Part shown: one piece after another, positions 1 through 9,708 of the stretch
Layout: each line of letters starts with the position of its first letter
Position numbering within the stretch: the first letter of the stretch is position 1
IMG/VR virus record: IMGVR_UViG_3300025141_015960
Location: 1-30,566 of that record
Direction: 5' to 3' (one strand)
Length of the DNA: 30,566 bases
Source of the DNA: a virus
Lineage: Duplodnaviria; Caudoviricetes
Notes under the pieces: generated by a model
Seen by the model: the letters and a program-made list of their open reading frames with translations, nothing else
Told to the model about the DNA's origin: nothing
Databases searched by the model: none
Position numbers and translations under genes: made by a program

Positions 1-2338
1 GAGGTATTACTGCTAGGTTGCTAGCTGTTATATCCTGGAACTCTTTTGATATATAGTTGATCATACTTCCAGAAAAATTATGTCGGTAGTCTTGATTGAT
101 TACATCCCACTTTCTATCATTAAAGTTGAAATATGCTAGACCCGAATTAATTGGAGAATTGATTTCTCCGGAGTTTTGTCCGCTCCAAACAGACTGTGTT
201 ACTACTGTGACAGAGTCATCTGCTATCACCTTGTATGAAAAATTACCATTTTGGGAAGTTGTCTGATGATGATTCCAGATAATCAGATTATTTTCATGGA
301 CACCAGCATCGAAATATTCTGAGTATGAAGAGATTATTTGAGCGGCGTCTCGGCAAGATGAACTAATATTTGATTCATTTGAATAGCCTGTCCACGTCGT
401 AGAGTCGCCAGCGTAGAATGTTCCTTGAACTCCTCCGGCGGGACCTTTTTTTTCACTTCCAAAAAGATACACCTCACTTATATTAGGGCCATCATAGGGA
501 TCTCCTCCTGAAAGATGTAGAGTAAAGTAGACAGTACCCACACCTAAAGCATTAAAATCTACTACAGTAGAGGCATCTTTATGCCTAGGTGATGGTCGAC
601 CTTGATTCCGCTCTATTCCTGATGTGTTTGAACCAGTCGAAAAACCTACTTGGGTGGATCCAGTTGCAGAAATGTCTATTTTGAAAGAAGTTTTTGAGCT
701 AAGTCTTTGACTGAATCCTGGCAGTATAGACGGATTTGTTCCTGTCATATAAAAAGGAGACTCAGCATCTATGAATATTCTAGACTCGTCAAAAGGACCT
801 AGATTTTCTCCGGGGGTGAAATGTATTCCATAATCACTGATTCCTGCTACCATAATTGCCGGAGCGTTTAATGTCCCAGAAGTATTTGGAAATGCAATAT
901 TGTCAAAAATATGGGTAGAACCACTAGCAATATCTCTAGGAGTTGCTTCAGGGAGCAGCATTGGATAATTGTAGTTTGTTGGACCGTTTTGAGTAAATTG
1001 TGTAAGCTTAACTGATGTGTCTCTAAACCTTCTAGTAAATGTCAAGAGAGGATCGGATGAGATTAGCGGGCCTGGAATGTGGCTTCGAAGTTTAACAGTG
1101 TTTCCAACAGCTCTCGCTTCGTAGTTTAGTGAAGAGTCATTAACTTGTTTTGCAAATTCATATGCAACAGTAGATGTGGTTTGCTTTCCTCTAATATTAA
1201 CTAAAGTAGATGCAATAGCTCCCTTATATGATTGGTGGACTCCTCTTTGAAACTCAAATGTTACTTTAGTATTTCCAAGCGAGCCAGTTACGTTAATAGT
1301 AGACGCGTCTTTAGGGATATCAGAGAATTTTATTTCAGCTGTGGCATACGAACTAAAGAACTCTACTGTCTTCATATCATTAAATTGTACACCTCCCCTT
1401 CCGGTGAAGTTTGGATCACCTGTTCTTGCAACAGTGGGATAAGAGCCGGTTCTATTGTCATTAGCATGAAGAAGAATCCTGGGAGGATTATCTAGAAATC
1501 CTGAAATTAGCTCATTTGAACCGTACTCAGTGCCGTAATGTACAGCAGCAACTTCATCAGCTGTCAGCTCTTTCGACCATACAGCAAACTCTGCCATCCA
1601 GCCGTCCATCTCATCTGTGCCGTCTTGTTGACTTCCCATATAGAGAGGTTTCGTATGATCCGGTTGCATCCCTACATAGGTCGCGTCACCGCTGCCGGCT
1701 GAAGCGAATAGTGCACCATTAAGATACATCTTCATACCGTCGTAAGCAGTTGCGCCGCCGCTTCCATCGTATGTGAATACTAAATGATTCCACTCACCTA
1801 TTGTTATGGCGGCGGCACTGATAATTTGCTGGTATCCAGAACTGTCTTCATCTTTCAGCTTAAAATAAACTTTACCGTTTGTATATACATACGCTCTGTA
1901 TTCATTTGCGTCACTTGATCCGCCGCTTTTTCCAAAAATGTACTGAAGGGTTGTGATATTGTCAATATTTATCCAGCATGAAATTGAAAATGGCTGATCT
2001 GATGTGGCTGTGGGGGTTCCGCCTGAGGCGAGAGAACTAAAAGAAAGCAGGCCACTTGTGGATGTTACATAGGCGCTGTCTTCGCCGGTATCGTTAAACT
2101 GTGCAGCTGGATATATTTTATTTCCTAGTTGTACTTCGGAAAAATTAGGAGTATTCTCATATGCAGGAGTGAGACTATTTGGTCCTCTGTCTACGGGCCC
2201 TGTGGAAAGCATTCTAGTCCACATTACTAATTTTTGAGCAGCCTCTAGTGTATACTCATGACTACCTGCAGATCTAGTATCTCTGGCTAAAAAATTTTTA
2301 TTTAAGCTATAGTAGCTAGTCTTTTTTGCCTTTGCCAT
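1..2338 (-). CDS. Large virion protein with N-terminal LamG/concanavalin-like domain (>779 aa, 3' end runs off the window; not in supplied ORF track)
   Basis: ATG at 2338-2336 overlaps the TAA of the upstream gene (TAATG). My translation stays open to position 1: MAKAKKTSYYSLNKNFLARD...DQPFSISCWINID...GEWNHLVFTYDGSGG...MKMYLNG...MDGWMAEFAVWSKELTADEV, a LamG_3-type pattern. Confidence 0.88.
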   Translation of the reverse strand, partial: MAKAKKTSYYSLNKNFLARDTRSAGSHEYTLEAAQKLVMWTRMLSTGPVDRGPNSLTPAYENTPNFSEVQLGNKIYPAAQFNDTGEDSAYVTSTSGLLSFSSLASGGTPTATSDQPFSISCWINIDNITTLQYIFGKSGGSSDANEYRAYVYTNGKVYFKLKDEDSSGYQQIISAAAITIGEWNHLVFTYDGSGGATAYDGMKMYLNGALFASAGSGDATYVGMQPDHTKPLYMGSQQDGTDEMDGWMAEFAVWSKELTADEVAAVHYGTEYGSNELISGFLDNPPRILLHANDNRTGSYPTVARTGDPNFTGRGGVQFNDMKTVEFFSSYATAEIKFSDIPKDASTINVTGSLGNTKVTFEFQRGVHQSYKGAIASTLVNIRGKQTTSTVAYEFAKQVNDSSLNYEARAVGNTVKLRSHIPGPLISSDPLLTFTRRFRDTSVKLTQFTQNGPTNYNYPMLLPEATPRDIASGSTHIFDNIAFPNTSGTLNAPAIMVAGISDYGIHFTPGENLGPFDESRIFIDAESPFYMTGTNPSILPGFSQRLSSKTSFKIDISATGSTQVGFSTGSNTSGIERNQGRPSPRHKDASTVVDFNALGVGTVYFTLHLSGGDPYDGPNISEVYLFGSEKKGPAGGVQGTFYAGDSTTWTGYSNESNISSSCRDAAQIISSYSEYFDAGVHENNLIIWNHHQTTSQNGNFSYKVIADDSVTVVTQSVWSGQNSGEINSPINSGLAYFNFNDRKWDVINQDYRHNFSGSMINYISKEFQDITASNLAVIP

Positions 2339-4614
2339 TACTTCTTCAACCCTCCATATGCAATCGAATCAATTCCAATCGGGCAATTATCGAATGTAAA
2401 GCCAGCGGGAGACATCTTGTCATACGTTCGTATATCATCATCATCAAAACTGGAGCTTATAATCATCACTGTGGCTATTGTAGAAGAAACACCATTAGTT
2501 GTGTACTCTTTATCTAGATCATTTAGGTAGTCTACATAAGGAGCAATTGTGGCGAAGTCATCTGAGAAGGCACCAGGCATATCAGTACTTCCAAATGTCT
2601 CAACAGAATCCAAGAAAGGAGCAGTTCCTCTACCCGGTTCATCTAAGTCTTTTCCATCCACGATAAAAAATGAACGACGGAACGCGTCGTCGCCGGGACC
2701 GGCATGGCCTCTTACATCATGTGCTATAAATGGTGAATCAATAGTTGATCTATCTATTTTAGCCCTGATTGTCAGGGGCTCTATGACTCCATCATATATC
2801 TCATTGCTTGTTTGAGAAACCATCTGGTATGGAAGGATTAAATTTTCTGGTCGAGTAGTGATTATTGCAATCGGACTTAAGTCCAGAGTGTCTTCGAATG
2901 GTTCACTATTGTCAAAAATTGAATGTTGACCTAGATCTCTTCTTTCAATTTCATGTGATAATCTAGAAGATAGTTTACCCTCTCCACCCAGTACAATGTA
3001 AGAAGTGCTTGCGCCGGCGGAGCCGCCTGAAAATCCTGAAACTGTCCACATAGAATCAGCAACTGCATTACCGGTGATATTAACATTTCCCTGTGTACCT
3101 ACAATTAATTGTTTCAATTCTGTGGTTTGTGTGATACTATTATAAGAAGAGTCTATGTAAATGGGATACTCAGCATCATTTTGTGCCAGCTGAATTACAT
3201 CATGTAAGCCTTTTGTTATACTTGTAATTGTTGGACTTCCGGATATTCCGATATTGTACCAGTCACTTCCATATTTTTTTGCAGTTCCGGTAGGCAACCA
3301 AGGAGCAGGGGATATTCTAATCTTACTGCCTCTTCCGTCAGTTATCTCTAAAAACTGACCTTCGGACCAGGATGTGCTTGCCAATTTGGCAGTGGCTGTG
3401 GCATATTGACCTGTTCTGAATGAAGTTGTTGCTAGTTCTTCGTTAAATGTAGTCTTAGGAAGATCTTTCCCCCTCAAGGTATTTGTAAAACTACTGTTAG
3501 ACCTTATTTTCCAAGCAAGATAGTCTACAAGCTGTCCATGAGATACGATATTTGTACCCTGACGATATTGATTCATCATATCTGCCGGAAGATCTGCTGT
3601 TTGCAATCCTTTTCTCTCTGCTTGTACTCCAATTATTTTTGTATCATTGTCGATTGATTCTTGAGAATAGTCTCTTACAAGATGGTAAGCACCAGCTATC
3701 TTTGCTCCATAAAGATTAGACACATTCTCTGCAGACAATACATTGTTCCAAATAGCGATTTCTGCTATGTTTCCCATAAACTCCCACGATGACAAGGGAA
3801 TGTCGTTTCCCACAACAATAGATGCAGTTTCTGTACTGTCCATAGCAGTATACGTCCCGGCACCGGTGTTCGTGGATGTCTGTAGATCACCGTCAATATA
3901 GATGCTTATTCCACTATTTGCACCTGTTCCACTTCTTCCGTCGTAAGTAAATGTAACATGAGTCCATACGTCTATCTTTGTTGACAATGCATTCGACACC
4001 GCTCTTCCGCGGTAGCCACCAGCATCTTGATCATTTAGTATTATCTGTAATGTTCCGTTCGTTAGAATTCTAATAAACCACAGCGAATTATTAGAAGTGT
4101 CTCGTGTACCTAACACTGATTGAGTATCTGAGAGTGAGTTTATTTTTATCCACGTAGAGACGCTAAAACTCTCGTCTGCTGTTCCATTACCAAAAACTAG
4201 ACTAGTACCCGTGGCTCCAAGTTCATCGTCTGCACCATCAAATAGGAATGAATTGTTAGAAATAAATTTAGAAGGACGGTCGCCAGAATCAAGTGTAGGC
4301 CTTTGAGAAACAGTAGACTGTGTAAGTTCAATATTATTTCCTGAACTGTCTTCTACTTTCGATGTACTGGCATCATCTTTATTTCCTAAACGCCACCACG
4401 CCAAAAGATTTCCCTGATTTACTTCATAGCCTTTTAGCTTTTCTGAGCCTGTGACGAAACTGTTAACTGCGGGATTATTTCCAGAGACAAAATTTTTATT
4501 AAGATCATATGATTGATCTATTCTAAAGTTTTGAGATGTTGCATCTGCTACAGGATTTACAAACTTAGATTCTAAAAACTGTCCGTTGGATCTTGCGTAT
4601 CTATACTTTGGCAT
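2338..4614 (-). CDS. Virion structural protein with LamG domain (758 aa)
   Basis: LLAWWRLG...DSSGN...FLFDG...FSVSTWIK...WTHVTFTYDG...IYIDG...FMGNIAEIAIWN is a LamG pattern. TAATG-coupled to both neighbours in the baseplate operon. Confidence 0.85.
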   Translation of the reverse strand: MPKYRYARSNGQFLESKFVNPVADATSQNFRIDQSYDLNKNFVSGNNPAVNSFVTGSEKLKGYEVNQGNLLAWWRLGNKDDASTSKVEDSSGNNIELTQSTVSQRPTLDSGDRPSKFISNNSFLFDGADDELGATGTSLVFGNGTADESFSVSTWIKINSLSDTQSVLGTRDTSNNSLWFIRILTNGTLQIILNDQDAGGYRGRAVSNALSTKIDVWTHVTFTYDGRSGTGANSGISIYIDGDLQTSTNTGAGTYTAMDSTETASIVVGNDIPLSSWEFMGNIAEIAIWNNVLSAENVSNLYGAKIAGAYHLVRDYSQESIDNDTKIIGVQAERKGLQTADLPADMMNQYRQGTNIVSHGQLVDYLAWKIRSNSSFTNTLRGKDLPKTTFNEELATTSFRTGQYATATAKLASTSWSEGQFLEITDGRGSKIRISPAPWLPTGTAKKYGSDWYNIGISGSPTITSITKGLHDVIQLAQNDAEYPIYIDSSYNSITQTTELKQLIVGTQGNVNITGNAVADSMWTVSGFSGGSAGASTSYIVLGGEGKLSSRLSHEIERRDLGQHSIFDNSEPFEDTLDLSPIAIITTRPENLILPYQMVSQTSNEIYDGVIEPLTIRAKIDRSTIDSPFIAHDVRGHAGPGDDAFRRSFFIVDGKDLDEPGRGTAPFLDSVETFGSTDMPGAFSDDFATIAPYVDYLNDLDKEYTTNGVSSTIATVMIISSSFDDDDIRTYDKMSPAGFTFDNCPIGIDSIAYGGLKK

Positions 4615-7600
4615 TAAAATTTCCTCAAAGTTCCTAGGAATTGTTGCATAAAGATAACAGAGGCTTCTCTTCTATCCAGAACTCCCACGTACATATCGCT
4701 ATATTTGTAGGTAAACTTTGCTCTCTCTAGAGAATGACTTTCCACAACAAAATTAGTACCCATATAAGTTGATGTACTTGGAATTACCTCTTCTAAGATA
4801 TCACCAATAGTGCTATCAAACCACTTAAAGAACTCAAAGAATTTAGTTAGGGACATCTGCTCTGTAAGACGATTAAAATAGATGGATCTTAAATTTCTTA
4901 GACTTCTGTATTCTTCAGAAAATACAAGTTCTGGATTACCTATGGCACTGTCGATAGCATCGAGGGTCGCAAAGATATTAGTGATATCTTCGTTCAATGC
5001 CTGTACAGACGAGACTTCGATTGATAACCTCCTGTCATCTTTCGGCTGTTCATTTTCAGGAATGCTATACATTGGGGCAAATCCAGTTTGGGCATCTAAA
5101 CCATTTGCTCTAATATTTTCTAATTGCTCAAAACTTCTGATTCTAATCTTATTAGGATCAACAGCCAGCTCAAATCGAGGTGAAAGAATCATATAGTTGT
5201 ATCTTTCAGGTTTAACTGTTCGCTTACTTGCCTCGAAGCCAGATCCCGAAGCATGCAGATTATTTTGACTAAAGTCAAATATTCTTATCTGTCCTGACGC
5301 ATTGGAATTTGTTATTGGTTGATCACAAGAGAGATTCATTCTCATTCTTTGAAAAGATCCAGAATTAGCTGTATTAAAATTAAAATTAATCTCTGGATTT
5401 TCAACTCCCAAAGACTTAAAGTTTTTAATGTGCATTAGTGTAGCTTTTTCTGGGAGAGCTTTCGAAAAGAACCTTACTCCTGAGCACTTTCCGGAGAAAT
5501 TAACATAACGCGATTGGTTAGTTGATGTATTATTGAGAAATCCTCCCTCAGAAAGGGTCGAGTCGTATTTTAAGCTCTGGCTTCCAATAACAACAAACGA
5601 TCCGGAGGCATTGTTTGATCCCGAAACTCTATTCATTACATTATCGCCGTGATCGTCATAAAACGACGATGTTGTATAGTATTCAGCAATTCGATCAGAT
5701 GAAACACGACCAGCTCTTAGAAAATAGCTTGAAGACACATATGAACCAATTGTATCATTTCTCATTCTACCGTATGATACATGCCATTTATTTCCATCAA
5801 ATATGTTCACTCCTGTCAAGGATAAGCTTAAAGTAGGTGCTGAAGTACCACTTACCGGGCGTCCATAAAGAGTAATAGATCCAGGCTGATTAGAAGAAGT
5901 CAACTCTTTGGTTGCTACAGCATTAAAAATTAACCAGTTGTTTGTAGCTGCGGGGCTTCCGTGTCCTCTAGATCCAGTAGTTTGAATTCTCATTAGACTT
6001 TGTGATACAGTATGAGAAGCCCCCTGGAGCTTAAACACCCCTTCTAGTGTCCACGATCCACTAGTAAAAAGACCGTCACCGCTATAGTTGGATTTTCCGG
6101 ATACAAATGTACCTTTAGCAGTCGGGACACCAGGTTCTACTCTAGCACCAGAGAGATATCTAGATTGTATTAGTGGTCTACTGGAATCTCTTCCGGAGTC
6201 GTCTATTGTTCCTGGCAAAGAGTTAGATCCTGAAAAATCTAATAGAGCTGCAATTTCGCTTCTTTTTTCAAACGAATCACTTATTGATTTTGTTCTAGAC
6301 CCACCATATTCTCTTACTCTAAACGCCCCATCTGGATTGATTCCCATACTCCTGAACAAACATCCCAAAGAATGATGGGTTCCTTTTGATTTGACAACCT
6401 CTGGTAGACTTGTTAAAATTCTTCTCCAGATAATGTTTTGGATATCCTGTAGACCCATTACAGAGGCTACATTATCCATCCTTATATTTTGATTATCAAC
6501 AAGTTGTTCCATTGTCGCATTTGCAAATTGATTTGGTAGATTTAATCCGTAATAGCGTGATAGAAAAGGCAGCAAGTGATTGCTTATTGTATTTTCTGAT
6601 CTATAGTCAACTGTCAAAAGTCTTCCGAATTCATCTACAAACATTTTGATTTCATCAAATGATTGTGCCCACATGTATAAAAGGGAAGAGATTATTTGAG
6701 GAGCACCCATTTGAAGGCCTCCCGGGGCATCAGACGTAAACGTAGGATCATCACCTATATTACCCCATTCAGATTCCATCCCTTGTGCAAAAGATGCATC
6801 TTGAAGATAATGATTGGGAATTAACTTGGCAATCATGTTGGGATTATTATAATCATACTGACTAGCTGACATTAAAAGGTCTGCTGCATAACTAGAAACA
6901 CTATTGAATGCTGGAAAAAGAATGGGTGACATTCTGATATCTTCAGCAGATAATGCTGTTGGTAAAGATCCTGTATTTCGAAGATCCATATTAAAATTCT
7001 GTATTGATGAGTGAAGACCGTTACCGCTATAGTCTAATACCAATGAGCTATTTCCTCCATCACTAAAACTTCCTGATGGTTCATTGAATCGATAATACAG
7101 TCTTAATTTCTTATTAGTCGAAGAAAATATTTGTTTGTCACCAAAAGTCTTAATCTGTTTCGTTGATCTTTTTTCATGAAAAAATCTTAGTTCATCTAGT
7201 GCACCAGAGAGATTTTGAACAGGTTGAAAACTAAGATTACCTGCAGAATGTAATGTTCCGCTTCCAATTGTGATATTATTTAATTGAAAACCATAATCAT
7301 CAAAAACAGCTGCTTGAGACGAAGTATGAACTTTAATTCCATTATGATACATGAACAGCTTACCTGTGTTGTTCCTATCATAAACAGCCCCGATTTGATG
7401 AAATTTTCCTTTTGCTATCTTTACGCTTGAACTTAGCGCTGTGGATCCTGAGCTTAAATAAGCATAAACTGTGACTTCACCCATTGTACTGGATTCGAAT
7501 TTTGAAGAAGAAACAGCTAAAGTTAATCCCTTGTTGGTTCCAGAGACTCTCTGAAGGATTATCTCATTATCATTGATGCTACCACTGGGTATGAATACAT

Positions 7601-8135
7601 GTGCTTCTGCAGTGAAAGGTAGATAACTAAAATCAACTACAGATTTTCCGGAAGCACCTAATATTCCCGGTGTGGTTGTCCCAGCACCTTGAAAATCTGA
7701 AACAGAGAGATAGTTGTTGTGGCTTCTATCAAACTTAAGACATCCTTTATTTTTAGGAAAAGAATCTAGTATGTACTTTTCAAAACCTGTGAGTTCATCA
7801 GCATACCCGATATATTCAGACTTATTCCCATCAAATGGGTATTTATTAATAACAGCGTTTAATGCAGTTTGTACTTTGACCTGTGCTGAATTAAAAAACG
7901 TGTGATTTTCCCACTTAGACCAGTCAACATTTAATTGCTGTGTGGATTTTAGGGCTGTTCCAGCAGGATCGTATCTAAAACTGCCTGTGTTAATAATGTT
8001 AGTATTTTCTTGTTCTTTGTCTTTGTTACCACCCATGGTTACGTTTTTTACAACGAGTGCACCATCAAAAAAATTTCTAATCGTGCTGGGTTTAAAAAGA
8101 GCAGTTTTTGTAAAGATGTTTTTATCTCTAGACAT
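4614..8135 (-). CDS. Baseplate wedge/tail protein (gp7/P2 gpI-like segment) with two LamG-like domains (1173 aa)
   Basis: Central LLPFLSRYYGLNL...IWRRILTSLPEVVKSKGTHHSLGCLFRSMGI resembles the gpI/gp7 KGT motif. LamG-like segments lie on both sides (FHQIGAVYD...LSGALDELRFF; KWHVSYGR...FSGKCSGVRFF). Downstream of the gp6-like gene; GAGGT upstream. Confidence 0.7.
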   Translation of the reverse strand: MSRDKNIFTKTALFKPSTIRNFFDGALVVKNVTMGGNKDKEQENTNIINTGSFRYDPAGTALKSTQQLNVDWSKWENHTFFNSAQVKVQTALNAVINKYPFDGNKSEYIGYADELTGFEKYILDSFPKNKGCLKFDRSHNNYLSVSDFQGAGTTTPGILGASGKSVVDFSYLPFTAEAHVFIPSGSINDNEIILQRVSGTNKGLTLAVSSSKFESSTMGEVTVYAYLSSGSTALSSSVKIAKGKFHQIGAVYDRNNTGKLFMYHNGIKVHTSSQAAVFDDYGFQLNNITIGSGTLHSAGNLSFQPVQNLSGALDELRFFHEKRSTKQIKTFGDKQIFSSTNKKLRLYYRFNEPSGSFSDGGNSSLVLDYSGNGLHSSIQNFNMDLRNTGSLPTALSAEDIRMSPILFPAFNSVSSYAADLLMSASQYDYNNPNMIAKLIPNHYLQDASFAQGMESEWGNIGDDPTFTSDAPGGLQMGAPQIISSLLYMWAQSFDEIKMFVDEFGRLLTVDYRSENTISNHLLPFLSRYYGLNLPNQFANATMEQLVDNQNIRMDNVASVMGLQDIQNIIWRRILTSLPEVVKSKGTHHSLGCLFRSMGINPDGAFRVREYGGSRTKSISDSFEKRSEIAALLDFSGSNSLPGTIDDSGRDSSRPLIQSRYLSGARVEPGVPTAKGTFVSGKSNYSGDGLFTSGSWTLEGVFKLQGASHTVSQSLMRIQTTGSRGHGSPAATNNWLIFNAVATKELTSSNQPGSITLYGRPVSGTSAPTLSLSLTGVNIFDGNKWHVSYGRMRNDTIGSYVSSSYFLRAGRVSSDRIAEYYTTSSFYDDHGDNVMNRVSGSNNASGSFVVIGSQSLKYDSTLSEGGFLNNTSTNQSRYVNFSGKCSGVRFFSKALPEKATLMHIKNFKSLGVENPEINFNFNTANSGSFQRMRMNLSCDQPITNSNASGQIRIFDFSQNNLHASGSGFEASKRTVKPERYNYMILSPRFELAVDPNKIRIRSFEQLENIRANGLDAQTGFAPMYSIPENEQPKDDRRLSIEVSSVQALNEDITNIFATLDAIDSAIGNPELVFSEEYRSLRNLRSIYFNRLTEQMSLTKFFEFFKWFDSTIGDILEEVIPSTSTYMGTNFVVESHSLERAKFTYKYSDMYVGVLDRREASVIFMQQFLGTLRKF

Positions 8136-8144
8136 ATTGAACTA

Positions 8145-9698
8145 TTACCTCACTGAAAACTGTAGGCGCTTATTTGTTATTACATGCCTTTGACCACGGT
8201 CTATTACCAAAAAGTCTATCACGTATGCGCCCCCTTGTTGAAAAACATCCATGTGAAGATCAAAAAACATTCCATTTTTGTCTGTTGAAACCCTGGTCGA
8301 ATTATCAGACTCCCCGAAGTCTATAATCGTTTTTCCATCTCTAGAATCTTTTATCCTATAATAGACTTCATCATAAATGACCGGGGCAATGCTATAAGGA
8401 ACTCTAGAGGGTTGATTCTGCTCATTTACAACATCTCTTCCAAATAGTCTCATTCTTGGCTCGTCAGAAACATCATACTCATGGTTTAAGTTTGTGATGT
8501 CTATTAGTGGTTCTCGTGATAACCAATTACCTCCGACATTGTCCGGCTTTTTAAATGTAACACTTCCAGTATAAAACCCTACATTTCCGTCTAAAGAATA
8601 CCAGAATTCATCAAATTTAATCGATCCGCTTTTGGTAACATATCCTTCCATGGTATCTTCTGAGTTTAAAGAGCTAGAACCAAACAAATCTATGGCAAAG
8701 CCAGCACTATATACTCCTGTTACAAAATTCTTTCCATCAATATCAATTGTACCTGCTGTATATTGTGATGCTGTGGTGATAAAATTATAACTTCCCGATT
8801 TTATCTTAACTAGCATACAGTTGTTTCCTGAGATTTGTGATAAGTCACTACCTGAAACAAGATTAGCAGAATTAGATCTAGCAAATGAATTTAGAAAAAG
8901 TGATCCCGATAAATCAAAGTAAAAATTTGCGTGATTATCTTGAATACTATCATCAAAAACTACTTCAATTCTGGGCCTCAGATTGAAATTAGTTGACTGC
9001 CTAGAAGTAAATCTCTTGACAAATCTAGTCTTGCTATCTTCCTCTTCACTTCCGCTATATGCAATTCTAAAGCCATGATTAATCATCTGGCCGGCTATTG
9101 TGGCTGATACTATTTTTGTTACATCAACTGACAGGTTTTCATTTCCTTCCGGAAAGTTTTGAGAACCTCCTATCAGACTTAAACCTGCGCCGTCGCTGAA
9201 ATTTGCTCTGTCAAATATATCAATTGAAGCAGCGCCTAAGTCTCCTATCGAATTAGCACCAGAGGTATTCCATAAAATGGCAGCTCCTCCATTACTAATT
9301 GATGATGTTAAAAAGTTACACGCGTCTAGATCATCAAATCCGGTAATATCTCGGCCGACTCCTTCATCAAATGCCTGCGAAAGAGGAAGAACTGATAGGT
9401 TGAAATTTGCAGGTGTTGCTTGTCCTGCTTTTATATCAAAAAGCTTAAGGGTCGCAGTAAAATTAGATAAGTCTAGCTTAGACCCAGTTAGGGCGTGAAT
9501 CTTTTGATAATCGAATTTCACCAGAAGTCTAGATAACTCATTTTGACTTCCGGAGGCATTTAGTTTTGTTTCATCATACAGTTTGAAAAGATCTAACGTT
9601 CCTGCACGGCCGACGTTTGCATCTTCGGCGCGGAAATTCCCGTCAATAATCTTATCTGTAATGTATGTGTCTTTACTAGCAGTACAAAATATCTTCAT
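8145..9698 (-). CDS. Virion protein with DNRLRE/CBM96-like N-terminal domain (~517 aa; start revised from 9728)
   Basis: SKDTYI...SRLLVKFD...ATLKL...NHGFRI...FTSRQ...RPRIEV is the pattern of DNRLRE-type beta-sandwich domains. The ATG at 9698 lies just after the gp6-like stop and avoids the overlap. Confidence 0.6.
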   Translation of the reverse strand: MKIFCTASKDTYITDKIIDGNFRAEDANVGRAGTLDLFKLYDETKLNASGSQNELSRLLVKFDYQKIHALTGSKLDLSNFTATLKLFDIKAGQATPANFNLSVLPLSQAFDEGVGRDITGFDDLDACNFLTSSISNGGAAILWNTSGANSIGDLGAASIDIFDRANFSDGAGLSLIGGSQNFPEGNENLSVDVTKIVSATIAGQMINHGFRIAYSGSEEEDSKTRFVKRFTSRQSTNFNLRPRIEVVFDDSIQDNHANFYFDLSGSLFLNSFARSNSANLVSGSDLSQISGNNCMLVKIKSGSYNFITTASQYTAGTIDIDGKNFVTGVYSAGFAIDLFGSSSLNSEDTMEGYVTKSGSIKFDEFWYSLDGNVGFYTGSVTFKKPDNVGGNWLSREPLIDITNLNHEYDVSDEPRMRLFGRDVVNEQNQPSRVPYSIAPVIYDEVYYRIKDSRDGKTIIDFGESDNSTRVSTDKNGMFFDLHMDVFQQGGAYVIDFLVIDRGQRHVITNKRLQFSVR

Positions 9699-9708
9699 GT
9701 TATTATTC

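Noticed and set aside
4614-8135. Many N-X-S/T sequons (about 18) suggesting N-glycosylation
   Set aside because: The count is about what the high Asn and Ser/Thr content predicts by rough estimate, and no oligosaccharyltransferase is present.
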